Below, piece after piece: positions 1 through 9,397 of a DNA stretch of 64,000 nt; positions within the stretch are counted from its first letter, which is position 1, and every line of letters starts with the position of its first letter. Source of the DNA: Candidatus Rokuibacteriota bacterium (GTDB lineage: Bacteria > Methylomirabilota > Methylomirabilia > Rokubacteriales > CSP1-6); contig JBBDXN010000129.1 in the NCBI GenBank assembly GCA_040902305.1, positions 19,061 to 83,060 on the forward strand, in the 5' to 3' direction. A program made the position numbers and the translations under genes. The notes beneath the pieces were generated by a model. That model saw nothing but the letters and a program-made list of their open reading frames with translations, did no database searches and was not told the origin of the DNA.

Positions 1-573
1 TCATGCCACCCGGATGGGGAAGAGGCGCGCCGGCGCGGCACCGACGGCTTCCGCTTCTTCCAGTTCGCGCTCGGCCACCACTACGTGTTCGGCACGCACC
101 GGCCGGGGCGCACCGACATCTGGGCCAAGTACGAGGCGGTCCGCGCGGAGCTCGACCTGGGAGTGCTGGGCGGCGGCACCGGCTGCATCGGCACCCCCGA
201 GGAGCTCGGCTCGGCCCTTCGGGCCTACGAGGACTACGGGGTCGATCAGACCATCTTCATCCAGCAGGGCGGCAAGAACCGCCACGAGCACATCTGCGAG
301 TCGCTCGAGCTGTTCGCGGCCTCCGTGATGCCGGAGTTCAAGGCCCGCGAGGGCGCGCGCGCGGCCCGCAAGGCGGAAGAGCTGGCCCCCTACGTGGCGG
401 CGGCCTTCGAGCGGAAGCGGGCGGCGGCGGGCCTGGCCGAGGCCGACATCCCCACCTACGAGGCCTACGGCCTCACCGTCACCCAGCCGGTCGATCTGGA
501 GAACATGCCGGAGGCGAACCGGCGGCGTATCCTGACCTTCAGGCGGATGCGGGAGATCATGGAGGGCCGGTAG
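1..573 (+). CDS. LLM-class flavin/F420-dependent oxidoreductase (luciferase-like), C-terminal part; 5-prime end outside window
   Basis: Frame 1 is open from nt 1 with no stop. Translation (FQFALGHHYVFGTHRPGRTDIWAKYEAVRAELDLG...) matches the C-terminal region of luciferase-like monooxygenases. TAG stop at 571-573. Confidence 0.7.
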   Translation, partial: SCHPDGEEARRRGTDGFRFFQFALGHHYVFGTHRPGRTDIWAKYEAVRAELDLGVLGGGTGCIGTPEELGSALRAYEDYGVDQTIFIQQGGKNRHEHICESLELFAASVMPEFKAREGARAARKAEELAPYVAAAFERKRAAAGLAEADIPTYEAYGLTVTQPVDLENMPEANRRRILTFRRMREIMEGR

Positions 574-579
574 GCCAGC

Positions 580-2172
580 ATGGCGTCGGACGGCGACGAG
601 TCACCCCCGACCCTCGCCGGCCGGCTGCGGCGGGTCGGCGAGATGCTGATCGGGCTGTCGGGTTCGCCGCTGCCCACCCATCTCTTCCAGACGCTCGCGG
701 AGCAAGCGCAGGCGGTGGTCCCGCACGACTACCTGGCCGTCTGCCTGGAAGACGCCGAGCAGCGGGGCTACCTCGTGCATTCGCTCTCCGGGCTCCCGGG
801 CGTGGCCGGTCGCCTCTTCACCAAGGCCGAAGGCCTCCCGGGACGGACGATCAGCACCGGGCGCGCCTACCTGGTGGGCGAGCTCGACACGATCCCCGAC
901 GCGGCCCCCGACCTCGACGGCGTGCTGGTCCGGGCCGGCCTGCGGGCCGCGCTCACGGTGCCGGTGCGGCGCGGCACCCAGATCCTCGGCGCGCTGCTCT
1001 TCGCCCGCCGCGGCGCCCCCTACACCTTCGACGACCTCGAGGTGGGCACGCTCGTGGCCGCCGGCCTCTCCGGCGGGCTCGAGACCTGTCGCGCCTATCA
1101 GGCCCTGGCCGACGAGCGCGGCACGCTCGCCGCCGTGCTCACGAGCACCGCCGACGCGGTCGTCATGGTGGGCCAGGACGGCATCGTGCTCCTCGCCAAC
1201 CCCGCCACGCGCGCCATGCTCGGCGTGGCGCCGGAGGGCATGACCGGCCGGCCGTTCGGCGAGGCGGTCCCGCACGAGCCGCTCCGCCGGCTTCTCGCGG
1301 CCGGCCGGCCTGGCATCGCCGAGCTGTCGCTGCCCGACGGGCGGACCGCCCAGGCCAGCCTCGTCATCGTGACCACCGAGTACGGCGAGGCGGTCGGCCT
1401 CGCCGCGATCCTCCGCGATATCACGCTGCTGAAGGATCTCGAACAGATGAAGACGGACTTCGTGGCCACGGTCTCGCACGATCTAAAGAGCCCGATCATG
1501 GCGATCGCGATGACCGCGGAGCTCCTCCTCAAGGCGATGCCCGCGCCGGGCGGCGAGCAGGCCTACCGCGAGCGGTGCGAGCGCATCCTGCGCAGCGCGA
1601 AGAACATGACCGAGCTCGTGACCGATCTCCTGGACCTGGGGAAGATCGAGGCCGGCCTCGAAGGTACCGGCGGGCCCGTCGACCTCGTCCCCCTGATCGC
1701 GGAGGCGGCGAGGGCGCTGGCCGCGCAGGCGGAAGGCAAGCGCATCGGCATCGCGGTCGAGGCGCCGCGCGAGGCGACGGTCCGGGGGATGGGCGCGCGG
1801 CTCTCCCAGGTGCTGGTCAACCTGATCGGCAACGCGGTGAAGTACACGCGGGAGGGTGGCCGCGTGCTCGTGACGCTGGAGGCGCCGGCCGCCGACGGGC
1901 CGATCAAGCTCCGGGTCACCGACAATGGCATCGGTATTCCCGCCCGGGACCTGCCCCACGTCTTCGACAAGTTCTACCGGGTGACGAGCGATGCCACCGC
2001 GGGCATCGCGGGAACCGGCCTCGGCCTGGCCATCACCCGGAGCATCGTGGAAGCCCACGAGGGGCGCATCGGCGTGGAGAGCACGGAAGGCACCGGCAGC
2101 ACGTTCTGGGTGGAGCTGCCGGCCTGGGTCGAGCCGCCCGCCGCCCCCCCCCCCCGCGCCCGCTCCGCCTGA
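580..2172 (+). CDS. sensor histidine kinase (GAF-PAS-HisKA-HATPase_c)
   Basis: ATG 7 nt after the upstream stop. H-box FVATVSHDLKSPI and N/G-box motifs (LIGNAVKYT, DNGIGI, GTGLGLAI) are present. Confidence 0.9.
   Translation: MASDGDESPPTLAGRLRRVGEMLIGLSGSPLPTHLFQTLAEQAQAVVPHDYLAVCLEDAEQRGYLVHSLSGLPGVAGRLFTKAEGLPGRTISTGRAYLVGELDTIPDAAPDLDGVLVRAGLRAALTVPVRRGTQILGALLFARRGAPYTFDDLEVGTLVAAGLSGGLETCRAYQALADERGTLAAVLTSTADAVVMVGQDGIVLLANPATRAMLGVAPEGMTGRPFGEAVPHEPLRRLLAAGRPGIAELSLPDGRTAQASLVIVTTEYGEAVGLAAILRDITLLKDLEQMKTDFVATVSHDLKSPIMAIAMTAELLLKAMPAPGGEQAYRERCERILRSAKNMTELVTDLLDLGKIEAGLEGTGGPVDLVPLIAEAARALAAQAEGKRIGIAVEAPREATVRGMGARLSQVLVNLIGNAVKYTREGGRVLVTLEAPAADGPIKLRVTDNGIGIPARDLPHVFDKFYRVTSDATAGIAGTGLGLAITRSIVEAHEGRIGVESTEGTGSTFWVELPAWVEPPAAPPPRARSA
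2145..2155. repeat. poly(C)11 homopolymer tract at the 3-prime end of the histidine kinase gene
   Basis: Direct reading of the sequence. It encodes the PPP part of the PAAPPPRARSA tail. Confidence 0.8.
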
Positions 2173-2176
2173 CGCG

Positions 2177-2569
2177 TCAGCCCTCGGCCCGGAGCTCCGC
2201 GAACACGTCGCGCGCGGCGATCAGAGCTTCGCGGATGATCGGCACGCCCACGTAGCCCGACATGTGGATCAGGGTCTCGATCAGCTCGGTCTCGGTCCAG
2301 CCCTGCCGCCGCGCCATGCGCAGGTGGATGCGCAGCTCGGGCTCGCGCCCGGTGGCCGCGTCGGAGACCACGCACACCAGGGTGCGCGTCTTGAGATCGA
2401 GGCCCGGGCGCGTCCACAGCGCGCCGAACACGTTCTCGGTGGCCACGTCGATGAACGTGCGCATGACCGGATCCTTGTAGGTCGTCGCGTTCACCCGCTC
2501 GACGTACGTGTCGCCCAGCAGCTTGCGGCGAATCTCACTGCCCTTCCGATGCAGCTCGCTCTCTGCCAT
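2177..2569 (-). CDS. carboxymuconolactone decarboxylase family protein (AhpD-like fold)
   Basis: Internal ATG (MAESELHRKGSEIRRKLLGD...) with conserved CMD-family sequence. The upstream part of the six-frame ORF is an Arg-rich off-frame extension. Confidence 0.8.
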   Translation of the reverse strand: MAESELHRKGSEIRRKLLGDTYVERVNATTYKDPVMRTFIDVATENVFGALWTRPGLDLKTRTLVCVVSDAATGREPELRIHLRMARRQGWTETELIETLIHMSGYVGVPIIREALIAARDVFAELRAEG

Positions 2570-2586
2570 GTTCGTCTCCGAGTCCC

Positions 2587-2901
2587 CTAGCGCCGGGCGC
2601 CGGGACCGAAAAAGCCACCCCTGGGGCGGCCGTGGGCGTGGTAGTGATCCGGGATGTTCCGCATGTGGTCGTCGATGTAGCACTCGCCGAGCTGCCGGGT
2701 CGCGATCTCGCGCAGGCGCGCGTGCATGTGGGTGAGGTGCTCGGCGGGCGGCTCGGTGCCGTGGTAGCGCCAGACCACCATGGGCACCGCGCAGATCTCG
2801 CACTCCGCGATCCAGCAGATGTCGTCTTCGTGGAACCAGGGGGTGATGCGGGCGGCGCGACAGAGATCGCACCCCGCGACCCGAGTGAAGGGGGAATCCA
2901 T
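2587..2901 (-). CDS. conserved Cys-rich small protein (CxxC...CxxC), hypothetical
   Basis: Internal ATG (MDSPFTRVAGCDLCRAA...WIAECEICAVP). Codon usage matches the neighbours and the gene is tandem with the CMD gene. Confidence 0.5.
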   Translation of the reverse strand: MDSPFTRVAGCDLCRAARITPWFHEDDICWIAECEICAVPMVVWRYHGTEPPAEHLTHMHARLREIATRQLGECYIDDHMRNIPDHYHAHGRPRGGFFGPGARR

Positions 2902-2921
2902 GGGACGGAGGGACCGGCCGG

Positions 2922-3353
2922 CTACCCCCAGAGGGCGCGCATCACGTGCGCGGCCACGCGCCGGTTGTAGTCGCGCACGAGGCCGCGGATGCGGAAGACG
3001 TCCAGCACCCACCAGGCGGCGAGGCCGCCGAGGGTGAGCCAGAACAGCACCTGGAGACCGCGCTTGCGCAGATACAGGTAGTGCCAGCCGAGCGGCAGGA
3101 ACATGAGCGCGACGAGCGGCGACTTCGCCTGGGCCCGGTAGCGCCAGAGGAAGGCCCGCTGCTGGTCGGGGCTGAGATACGCGAGCTGCTCGCGCACGGT
3201 GCGCGACAGCGAGGAGGCCACGGACGCGGGAATCGCGAGCGACCGATCGCCGCGGGCCTCGGCGCCCCGCCGCCCCGCGACACGCTCGGGCGGCGGAGGG
3301 GCCGCCGGCTTGCGGAAGACCGACGTTTCTGGCTGTGGCTGTACGCGACTCAT
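2922..3353 (-). CDS. TM2 domain-containing membrane protein
   Basis: Internal ATG (MSRVQPQPETS...). The C-terminal LGWHYLYLRKRGLQVLFWLTLGGLAAWWVLDVFRI matches the TM2 domain. A GGGGGAA Shine-Dalgarno motif lies upstream. Confidence 0.65.
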   Translation of the reverse strand: MSRVQPQPETSVFRKPAAPPPPERVAGRRGAEARGDRSLAIPASVASSLSRTVREQLAYLSPDQQRAFLWRYRAQAKSPLVALMFLPLGWHYLYLRKRGLQVLFWLTLGGLAAWWVLDVFRIRGLVRDYNRRVAAHVMRALWG

Positions 3354-3496
3354 TCCGCTCGTTCCCCCGGGGCGAGAAGGAGCAAGAACGGCGCCAGCCT
3401 GACGGGTAAGCCGGGGCTTGGACTTAGCGGGCGGGCGGCGGTCAGCGATTCTCACGTGTCACTCCGGTCGTCCGCAGGAGGACGCTTGCTGGGGTG

Positions 3497-4339
3497 TCAA
3501 TTCTTGACGTCCGGCCAGACCACCATGCCGGTACCCGACCGCCACGCGACCGCGGGCATGTAGGCGAGCACCTCGGCGGGGCCGCTCGTGAACGCGAGCG
3601 TGAGGATCCAGGCGAGCAGCTCCGCGGTGCCGCCGGATCCCGCCGCCTCCATGCGCTCGAGCGTGCACTCGCGCAGCAGCGCCGCGTGATCGCCCTGCTT
3701 CAGCAAGCCCAGGAACCACCGATCGAACTCCTCGTCCACCCAGAAGTACCGCGGCCCTCCGGGCTCGTGCGAGAGCCCGCCGGTCGCGATCACCGCGATC
3801 CGCTCGGCGCCGGGGTAGTCACGCAGCATGTCCCCGAGCACCGTCCCCACCTCGTAGGCGCGCGCGGGGGTCGGGATGGGCGGCACCGTGCAGTTCATGG
3901 TCACCGGCACCAGCGGGATCTCGCCCTTCGAGTTGAGATAATGCATCGGCACCGACACCCCGTCGTCGAACTGCATGTCGCGCAGGTACGCGAAGGCGAG
4001 CCGACGCCGCGCGCCCTCGTTGACGAGGTAGCGGGCCAGCGCGGGATGGCCGGGAATCCGGTACTTCTCGAGCGCGAGCCACTCGTCGTACCAGTCGGCG
4101 GGCCCCACGTGCTCGGGGCCGATGCCCACCGTGTACTCCGGGGTGTTGTTGATCGGCCAGTTCAGCAGGTGATCGTTGCTCACGAGCACGATCACGTCCG
4201 GCCGAGCGGCCTGGAGCCGCTCGCGCATCTCGTCGAGGGCGCGCCGGGCCTCGACTTGCTGATCCTCGGGGGCCCGGTCGAACCAGCCGGTGAGCCCGGG
4301 CGAGTGGGTCATCGCCATCGCGGCCACCGTCCGCGCCAC
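3497..4339 (-). CDS. extradiol ring-cleavage dioxygenase, class III subunit B (LigB family)
   Basis: GTG start gives MARTVAAMAMTHSPGL, which aligns with LigB N-termini. The catalytic-subunit sequence is conserved throughout. Confidence 0.85.
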   Translation of the reverse strand: MARTVAAMAMTHSPGLTGWFDRAPEDQQVEARRALDEMRERLQAARPDVIVLVSNDHLLNWPINNTPEYTVGIGPEHVGPADWYDEWLALEKYRIPGHPALARYLVNEGARRRLAFAYLRDMQFDDGVSVPMHYLNSKGEIPLVPVTMNCTVPPIPTPARAYEVGTVLGDMLRDYPGAERIAVIATGGLSHEPGGPRYFWVDEEFDRWFLGLLKQGDHAALLRECTLERMEAAGSGGTAELLAWILTLAFTSGPAEVLAYMPAVAWRSGTGMVVWPDVKN

Positions 4340-4344
4340 CGGGC

Positions 4345-4692
4345 TCAGCCCTCCCGCCGCGCCGAGATCCGAAGGAGCCGCTCCGCCGCGGCGGCCTCGT
4401 CCGGGTAGGCCCGCCGATAGGCTTCCAGCGCGGGATGGCTATTGCTGTTGGCGGAGGCCCCGTAGAACAGGCGCAGGATCTGGGGGATGTAGTACTGATG
4501 CACGCCCATCTCGTTGAGGCGGCGCACGTCCTTGTCGCGCACCGCCTCGTATTCCTCGCAGCTCAGGCCGAACTCGCGCGCCAGCCCCTCGAGATCGCTG
4601 AGCCAGCGGGCGCGGAGCGCCGCGTCACGCCGGACGTAGAAGATCATCTCGTTCACGGGCAGCGTCTTGTCGCAGCGCTCGACGTTACCCAT
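4345..4692 (-). CDS. aromatic ring-opening dioxygenase LigA-type small subunit
   Basis: 115-aa protein (…MGVHQYYIPQILRLFYG…) lying directly upstream of LigB in the operon. Confidence 0.7.
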   Translation of the reverse strand: MGNVERCDKTLPVNEMIFYVRRDAALRARWLSDLEGLAREFGLSCEEYEAVRDKDVRRLNEMGVHQYYIPQILRLFYGASANSNSHPALEAYRRAYPDEAAAAERLLRISARREG

Positions 4693-5062
4693 CGGTCTTG
4701 GCGGACAGGACCTTGGGATTGACCTTGAGGAACATGATCACGCACCGCTCCGGGCCCAGGTTCCGGACGTCGTGCATGACGCTCCGGGGGAACTTCACGA
4801 TCGAGCCCGCCTCCACCACCACCTCCTCGCCGTCGATGCTCATGTGGGCGGTCCCCTGCAGGACGAAGATCGCCTCCTCCTCCTTCGGGTGGGTGTGCAT
4901 CACGGTGGACTGGCCGGGCTCGTAGCAGGCGATCTCCGACCAGAGCTGGTCGGTCTTGAAGAGCATCTTGCGGACGCGCTTGTCGGAGGCGAAGGCCTTG
5001 AGCGCGTGCAGGTCGAAGACCTGCGCCACCCCGGTCACGCGCGCGGCCACCGTCTCGTCCAT
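4685..5062 (-). CDS. cupin domain protein
   Basis: ATG start. The 8-bp overlap with ligA indicates translational coupling. Cupin motifs HTHPKEEEAIFVLQG...G...H are present. Confidence 0.75.
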   Translation of the reverse strand: MDETVAARVTGVAQVFDLHALKAFASDKRVRKMLFKTDQLWSEIACYEPGQSTVMHTHPKEEEAIFVLQGTAHMSIDGEEVVVEAGSIVKFPRSVMHDVRNLGPERCVIMFLKVNPKVLSAKTDG

Positions 5063-5172
5063 GCGGCTGGATCATAGCGCCGTCGCGCCGGCTCCGCCAC
5101 CGCCTCGTCCCCGCGCGGCGGAACTTCGTCGTTGACATCGCGGGACCCGTTCAGTAGAAAGGGCCGACGGCC

Positions 5173-5532
5173 GTGCCACAGCCTTCCGCCTCGTCTCCCT
5201 CGGTCGCTCGGCGCTTCGCGCGGTTCGTCTCCGGTGTCTCGCTCGACACGGTGCCGTCCCCGGTCGTCGCGCAGGCGAGGCTCCTCGCGCCGGACACCCT
5301 CGGGAGCTGCTTGGCGGTGCGCCTGACCGACGGGCGGCGGATCGAGGAGCGGCAGGACCACCCGCGCGGCGGCCCCGATTTCCCGATGACCCGCGAGGAG
5401 CTGACCGCCAGGTTCCGCGCCAACGCGGCGGAGGCCGTCCCGGAGGCGCAGGCCGCGCGGGTGATGGCCCTCGTGGACGCGCTGGCCGCCCAGCCCCGCG
5501 TCACCGCCTTGATGGACGCCCTCACCGCCTAG
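5173..5532 (+). pseudogene. MmgE/PrpD-family gene remnant with a large internal deletion (N- and C-terminal segments fused in frame)
   Basis: The 119-aa ORF has a PrpD-like N-terminus (ARFVSGVSLDTVPSPVVAQARLLAPDTLG) joined directly to a PrpD-like C-terminus (REELTARFRANAAEAVPEAQAARVMALVDAL). Intact family members are about 450 aa. Confidence 0.5.
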
Positions 5533-5542
5533 AGGAGCCACC

Positions 5543-6565
5543 ATGAGACACCGCCGACCGACGCTCGCCCTGCTGGTCTCGCTCCTGATCGTCGGCGCGG
5601 CCCCCGCCGACGCGCAGGATCCCCGGCTCGAGGCCGCCCGCAAGGAGGGCAAGGTCGTCTGGTACACCTCGCTCGCCCTGACGAGCTCCGAGAAGGTGGC
5701 CAAGCTCTTCGAGACGGCCCATCCCGGCGTGAAGGTCGAGGTGCATCGCACCGGCTCGCAGCGGATCCTGCAGCGGATGATGCAGGAGCTGCAGGCCAAT
5801 ATCCGGAACGTGGACGTCGTCCATACCTCCGACGCCGGCCACTACGTGCTCTTGAAGGAGAAGAAGCTGCTGATGCGCTACACCCCGGCGGGGGGCGATC
5901 GCCTCGCGGCCGGCTTCAAGGACCGCGACGGCTTCCACTACGGGCTGCGCGCCACCGTCAACGTGATCGCCTACAACTCCCAGAAGGTCACCGCCGCGGA
6001 AGCGCCGCGCGCCTGGAAGGACGTGCTCGATCCGAAGTGGCGCGGCCGGCTCGTCACCGCGCATCCCGGCTACAGCGGGGTGATCGCCACCCACGTCCTG
6101 GCCCTCGTCCACCTGCACGGCTGGGACTACTTCAAGGCCCTGGCCCAGAACAAGCCGATGCTCGTGCAGTCCGCGGTGGACCCGGCCGGCATCGTGGCCT
6201 CGGGCGAGCGGCCGGTCGCGGTCAACGGCGGTGACTACAACTTCTACCAGGCCAAGAAGAAGGGCAATCCGGTCGAGATCGTCTTCCCGAAGGAGGGCGT
6301 GCCGCTGGTCGTCTCGCCGAGCGCGATCACCAGCTTCGCGCCGCATCCCAACGCGGCCCGGCTCTTCACCGACTTCATCTTCACCCGCGAGGTGCAGCAG
6401 GTCCTGGCCGATACCGAAGGCCTCTACACCGGACATCCCGAGGTGAAGTACCCGGCGGACCGGCCGAAGCTCCAGGATCTCAAGCTCCTGCAGGTCGACC
6501 CGGAGGAGCTGGAGAAGCGGAACGAGGAGATCAAGACGCGCTTCGTCGAGTTCTTCGGAGCCTAG
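5543..6565 (+). CDS. ABC transporter substrate-binding protein, family 1 (Fe3+/thiamine/polyamine type) with signal peptide
   Basis: Signal peptide followed by FbpA/AfuA-like sequence. It is the first gene of an SBP-permease-ATPase operon. Confidence 0.85.
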   Translation: MRHRRPTLALLVSLLIVGAAPADAQDPRLEAARKEGKVVWYTSLALTSSEKVAKLFETAHPGVKVEVHRTGSQRILQRMMQELQANIRNVDVVHTSDAGHYVLLKEKKLLMRYTPAGGDRLAAGFKDRDGFHYGLRATVNVIAYNSQKVTAAEAPRAWKDVLDPKWRGRLVTAHPGYSGVIATHVLALVHLHGWDYFKALAQNKPMLVQSAVDPAGIVASGERPVAVNGGDYNFYQAKKKGNPVEIVFPKEGVPLVVSPSAITSFAPHPNAARLFTDFIFTREVQQVLADTEGLYTGHPEVKYPADRPKLQDLKLLQVDPEELEKRNEEIKTRFVEFFGA

Positions 6566-6575
6566 CGCGACGGCC

Positions 6576-8294
6576 ATGGCCGAGGCGTCGGCATCGCTCA
6601 GGCCAAGCCGTCTCGCCGGGCTCGACCGCGCCGCGCCGGTCTGGCTGCTCGCGGCGGCGACGCTGATCGTGCTGATCCTGCTCCCGCTCGGCTGGCTCGT
6701 CTACATCAGCGTGAGCGGGCCGCAGGGCGTCACCCTCGCCCATTACGCCCGCGTGCTCGGGGACCCGCCGCTGCAGAAGGCGCTAACGAGCACGCTAGTG
6801 CTTGGCGTGGGGTCGGGCGCCCTCGCCCTCGCCATCGGCGCGCCCCTGGCCTGGCTCTCCGCCCGCACCGACCTGCCCGGGCGCCGGATCATCCAGAGCC
6901 TCATCATGGCGTCGTTCGTGACCCCGCCGTTCCTGGGCGCCTTCGCCTGGGTGATGCTCGCCGGCCCCAACGCGGGCTATCTCAACCAGCTCTACCGCGG
7001 CCTCACCGGCGCCGAAGGCCCGCTGCTCGACATCTTCACGATGCCGGGGCTGATCTTCGTGGTGGCGATCTACACGTTCCCGTACGTCTACATCATGATC
7101 GCCAATACCCTCGGCCTCATCGCCTCCGATCTCGAGGACGCGGCCGCCATCCTGGGGGCGGGCCGCCTGCAGGTGGCGCGGACCATCACGCTGCCGATGG
7201 TGCTGCCCGCCATCCTGAGCGGCTTCATCCTGGCCGTGCTGCAGGCCCTGGCCCTCTTCGGCTCGCCCGCCATCCTGGCCCTGCCCGCCGGCTTCCATAC
7301 CGTGACCACCCAGATGTGGTCACTCTTCCAGTACCCGCCCCGGCCCGAGCTGGCCGCCGCCTTCTCGATCCCGCTGCTGCTCGCCACCGCCCTGCTGCTC
7401 CTGGCCCAGAAGAAGCTGCTCGGGCGGCGCGGCTACGCCGCGGTGGGCGGCAAGGGCGGGCAGCGGCGCCCCATCCGGCTCGGCGGGTGGCGCTATCCGG
7501 CGCTCGCGGGCTGCCTGGCGGTGCTCGCCTGCGCGGTGTTCCTGCCCTACGGCATCCTGCTCAAGGCCGCGTTCGCGCGCGCCTGGGCCCAGCCGCTCTC
7601 CTTCGAGAACTTCACGCTCGAGAACTGGTCGTTCACGTTCCTGCACGGCTCGACCCAGGCCGCGATCTTCAACACCCTCGAGCTGGGCGTGCTCACCGCC
7701 TGCGTGGGCACCGGGCTCGCCACCCTGCTCGCCTACGTCACCAATCGGCGGCTGGTCGCCGGCCACCAGATCCTGGCCTTCCTCGCGCTGGCCCCGGTGG
7801 TCATCCCGGGGGTGGTACTGGCGGTGGCCCTCTTCGTCGCCTACACCCGGCCGCCCTTTCTTCTCTACGGCACGCTCTGGATCCTCTTCATCGCCTATCT
7901 GACCAAGGAGATGCCGGTCGGCTACTCGCAGGCCGACGCCACCCTGCGCGGCATCCATCCCGAGCTGGAGGAGGCGGGCCGCATCCTGGGGGCGGGCCGG
8001 CTGCGCGTGCTGCGCGAGATCACCGCGCCGCTTGCCCGGAGCGGGATCATCGCGACCTGGTGCTTCGTCTTCATCGGGGTCATCCGCGAGCTGTCGGCCT
8101 CCATCATCCTGTTCACCCCGAACACCAAGGTCATGTCGGTGGTGATCTTCGACCTGAAGGAGGAAGGTCAGTTCGGAGCCATCGCGGTCCTCGGGGTGTT
8201 CATGCTCGTGATGACCTTCGCCATCGTGGCCCTCATGCAGACGCTGCTCGGCCGTGACGTCCTGGGCGCGCGGCCGTCCGGCGGGGCCGGCTAG
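6576..8294 (+). CDS. ABC transporter permease, fused double transmembrane domain (FbpB/ThiP-like)
   Basis: 572 aa containing two EAA-loop permease halves. Confidence 0.85.
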   Translation: MAEASASLRPSRLAGLDRAAPVWLLAAATLIVLILLPLGWLVYISVSGPQGVTLAHYARVLGDPPLQKALTSTLVLGVGSGALALAIGAPLAWLSARTDLPGRRIIQSLIMASFVTPPFLGAFAWVMLAGPNAGYLNQLYRGLTGAEGPLLDIFTMPGLIFVVAIYTFPYVYIMIANTLGLIASDLEDAAAILGAGRLQVARTITLPMVLPAILSGFILAVLQALALFGSPAILALPAGFHTVTTQMWSLFQYPPRPELAAAFSIPLLLATALLLLAQKKLLGRRGYAAVGGKGGQRRPIRLGGWRYPALAGCLAVLACAVFLPYGILLKAAFARAWAQPLSFENFTLENWSFTFLHGSTQAAIFNTLELGVLTACVGTGLATLLAYVTNRRLVAGHQILAFLALAPVVIPGVVLAVALFVAYTRPPFLLYGTLWILFIAYLTKEMPVGYSQADATLRGIHPELEEAGRILGAGRLRVLREITAPLARSGIIATWCFVFIGVIRELSASIILFTPNTKVMSVVIFDLKEEGQFGAIAVLGVFMLVMTFAIVALMQTLLGRDVLGARPSGGAG

Positions 8295-9381
8295 TCTCGT
8301 GCCCGGGGTCGTCATCACCGGCCTCCGCAAGCACTTCGGCGACGTCGCCGCGGTGGCCGGGCTCGACCTCACCGTGCGGCCCGGCGAGCTGGTCGCCCTG
8401 CTCGGCCCCTCCGGCTGCGGCAAGACGACCACCCTGCGGCTGGTCGCGGGCTTCATGGCCCCGGACGGAGGCGAGATCCGCGTCGGGGAGCGCGTGCTCT
8501 CCTCTCCGAGCACCGTGATCCCGCCCGAGCGCCGGCGCATGGCGATGATCTTCCAGAGCTACGCGCTCTGGCCGCACATGACGGTGGCCCAGAACGTGGC
8601 CTACGGGCTCCGCTTCGCCAGGACGCCCCGTGCCGAGCGCAATGATCGGGTAGACGAGATGCTCCGCGCGGTGCAGCTCGCGGGCTACGGCGCGCGCTAC
8701 CCCGGCGAGCTGTCGGGGGGCCAGCAGCAGCGGGTCGCGGTGGCGCGGGCCCTGGTGGTGGAGCCGGAGATCCTGCTGCTCGACGAGCCCCTGAGCAATC
8801 TCGACGCGAGCCTCCGCGAGGAGATGCGCTTCGAGATTCGCCGCCTGCACGAGCGCTTCGGCATCACCACGCTCTACGTCACCCACGACCAGGCGGAGGC
8901 GATGGTGATCTCGGACCGGGTCGCGGTGCTGCGGAACGGGCGCGTCGTCCAAATCGGCGCGCCGCAGGAGCTGTTCGAGCAGCCGCGCACGCGCTTCGTG
9001 GCCGAGTTCATCGGCAAGACCAACCTGATCGACGCGGTCGCGGACGGCGCGGGCAGCGTCGCGCGCGGCCGCCTCCGGGTGCGGGTGGCCGCCGACGGCC
9101 TCATCCCCGGCGCGCCGGCGGTGGTCTCGATCCGGCCCCACCTGATCACGCTCGGCCCGCGCGCCGACCCCCGGACCGAGGCTCCGGACGCGAACGTCCT
9201 CGCGGGCACGGTGATCCGGGCGAGCTACCTCGGGGACACGGTGGACTACCAGGTCGGCCTAGAGGACAGCGACGTGGTCCTGCGGGTCATCGGCCCCACC
9301 CCGGCCCGCGCGCGGGCCGGCGAGCCGGTCGCGGTGACGATGCCCGCCGAGGCCTGTATCCTGCTCCCCGCGGAAGACTGA
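8254..9381 (+). CDS. ABC transporter ATP-binding protein (PotA/FbpC-like, with C-terminal TOBE domain)
   Basis: Walker A GPSGCGKTT, signature LSGGQQQRVAVARAL and Walker B LLLDEP. An alternative GTG start at 8299 would remove the 41-nt overlap with the permease. Confidence 0.9.
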   Translation: MTSWARGRPAGPASLVPGVVITGLRKHFGDVAAVAGLDLTVRPGELVALLGPSGCGKTTTLRLVAGFMAPDGGEIRVGERVLSSPSTVIPPERRRMAMIFQSYALWPHMTVAQNVAYGLRFARTPRAERNDRVDEMLRAVQLAGYGARYPGELSGGQQQRVAVARALVVEPEILLLDEPLSNLDASLREEMRFEIRRLHERFGITTLYVTHDQAEAMVISDRVAVLRNGRVVQIGAPQELFEQPRTRFVAEFIGKTNLIDAVADGAGSVARGRLRVRVAADGLIPGAPAVVSIRPHLITLGPRADPRTEAPDANVLAGTVIRASYLGDTVDYQVGLEDSDVVLRVIGPTPARARAGEPVAVTMPAEACILLPAED

Positions 9382-9397
9382 CCCGCCGGTTCATGAG

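Noticed and set aside
3-2255. 750-aa ORF on the plus strand (with similar very long ORFs at 7320-8540, 13057-15603, 17437-19848, 39457-41340, 41352-42347, 51277-53025, 52442-54430, 52899-54878, 55246-56757, 56788-58407 and 59208-60437)
   Set aside because: These are Arg/Gly/Pro/Ala-rich low-complexity translations typical of off-frame or antisense reading of 70% GC DNA. Each overlaps a gene with clear family homology in another frame.
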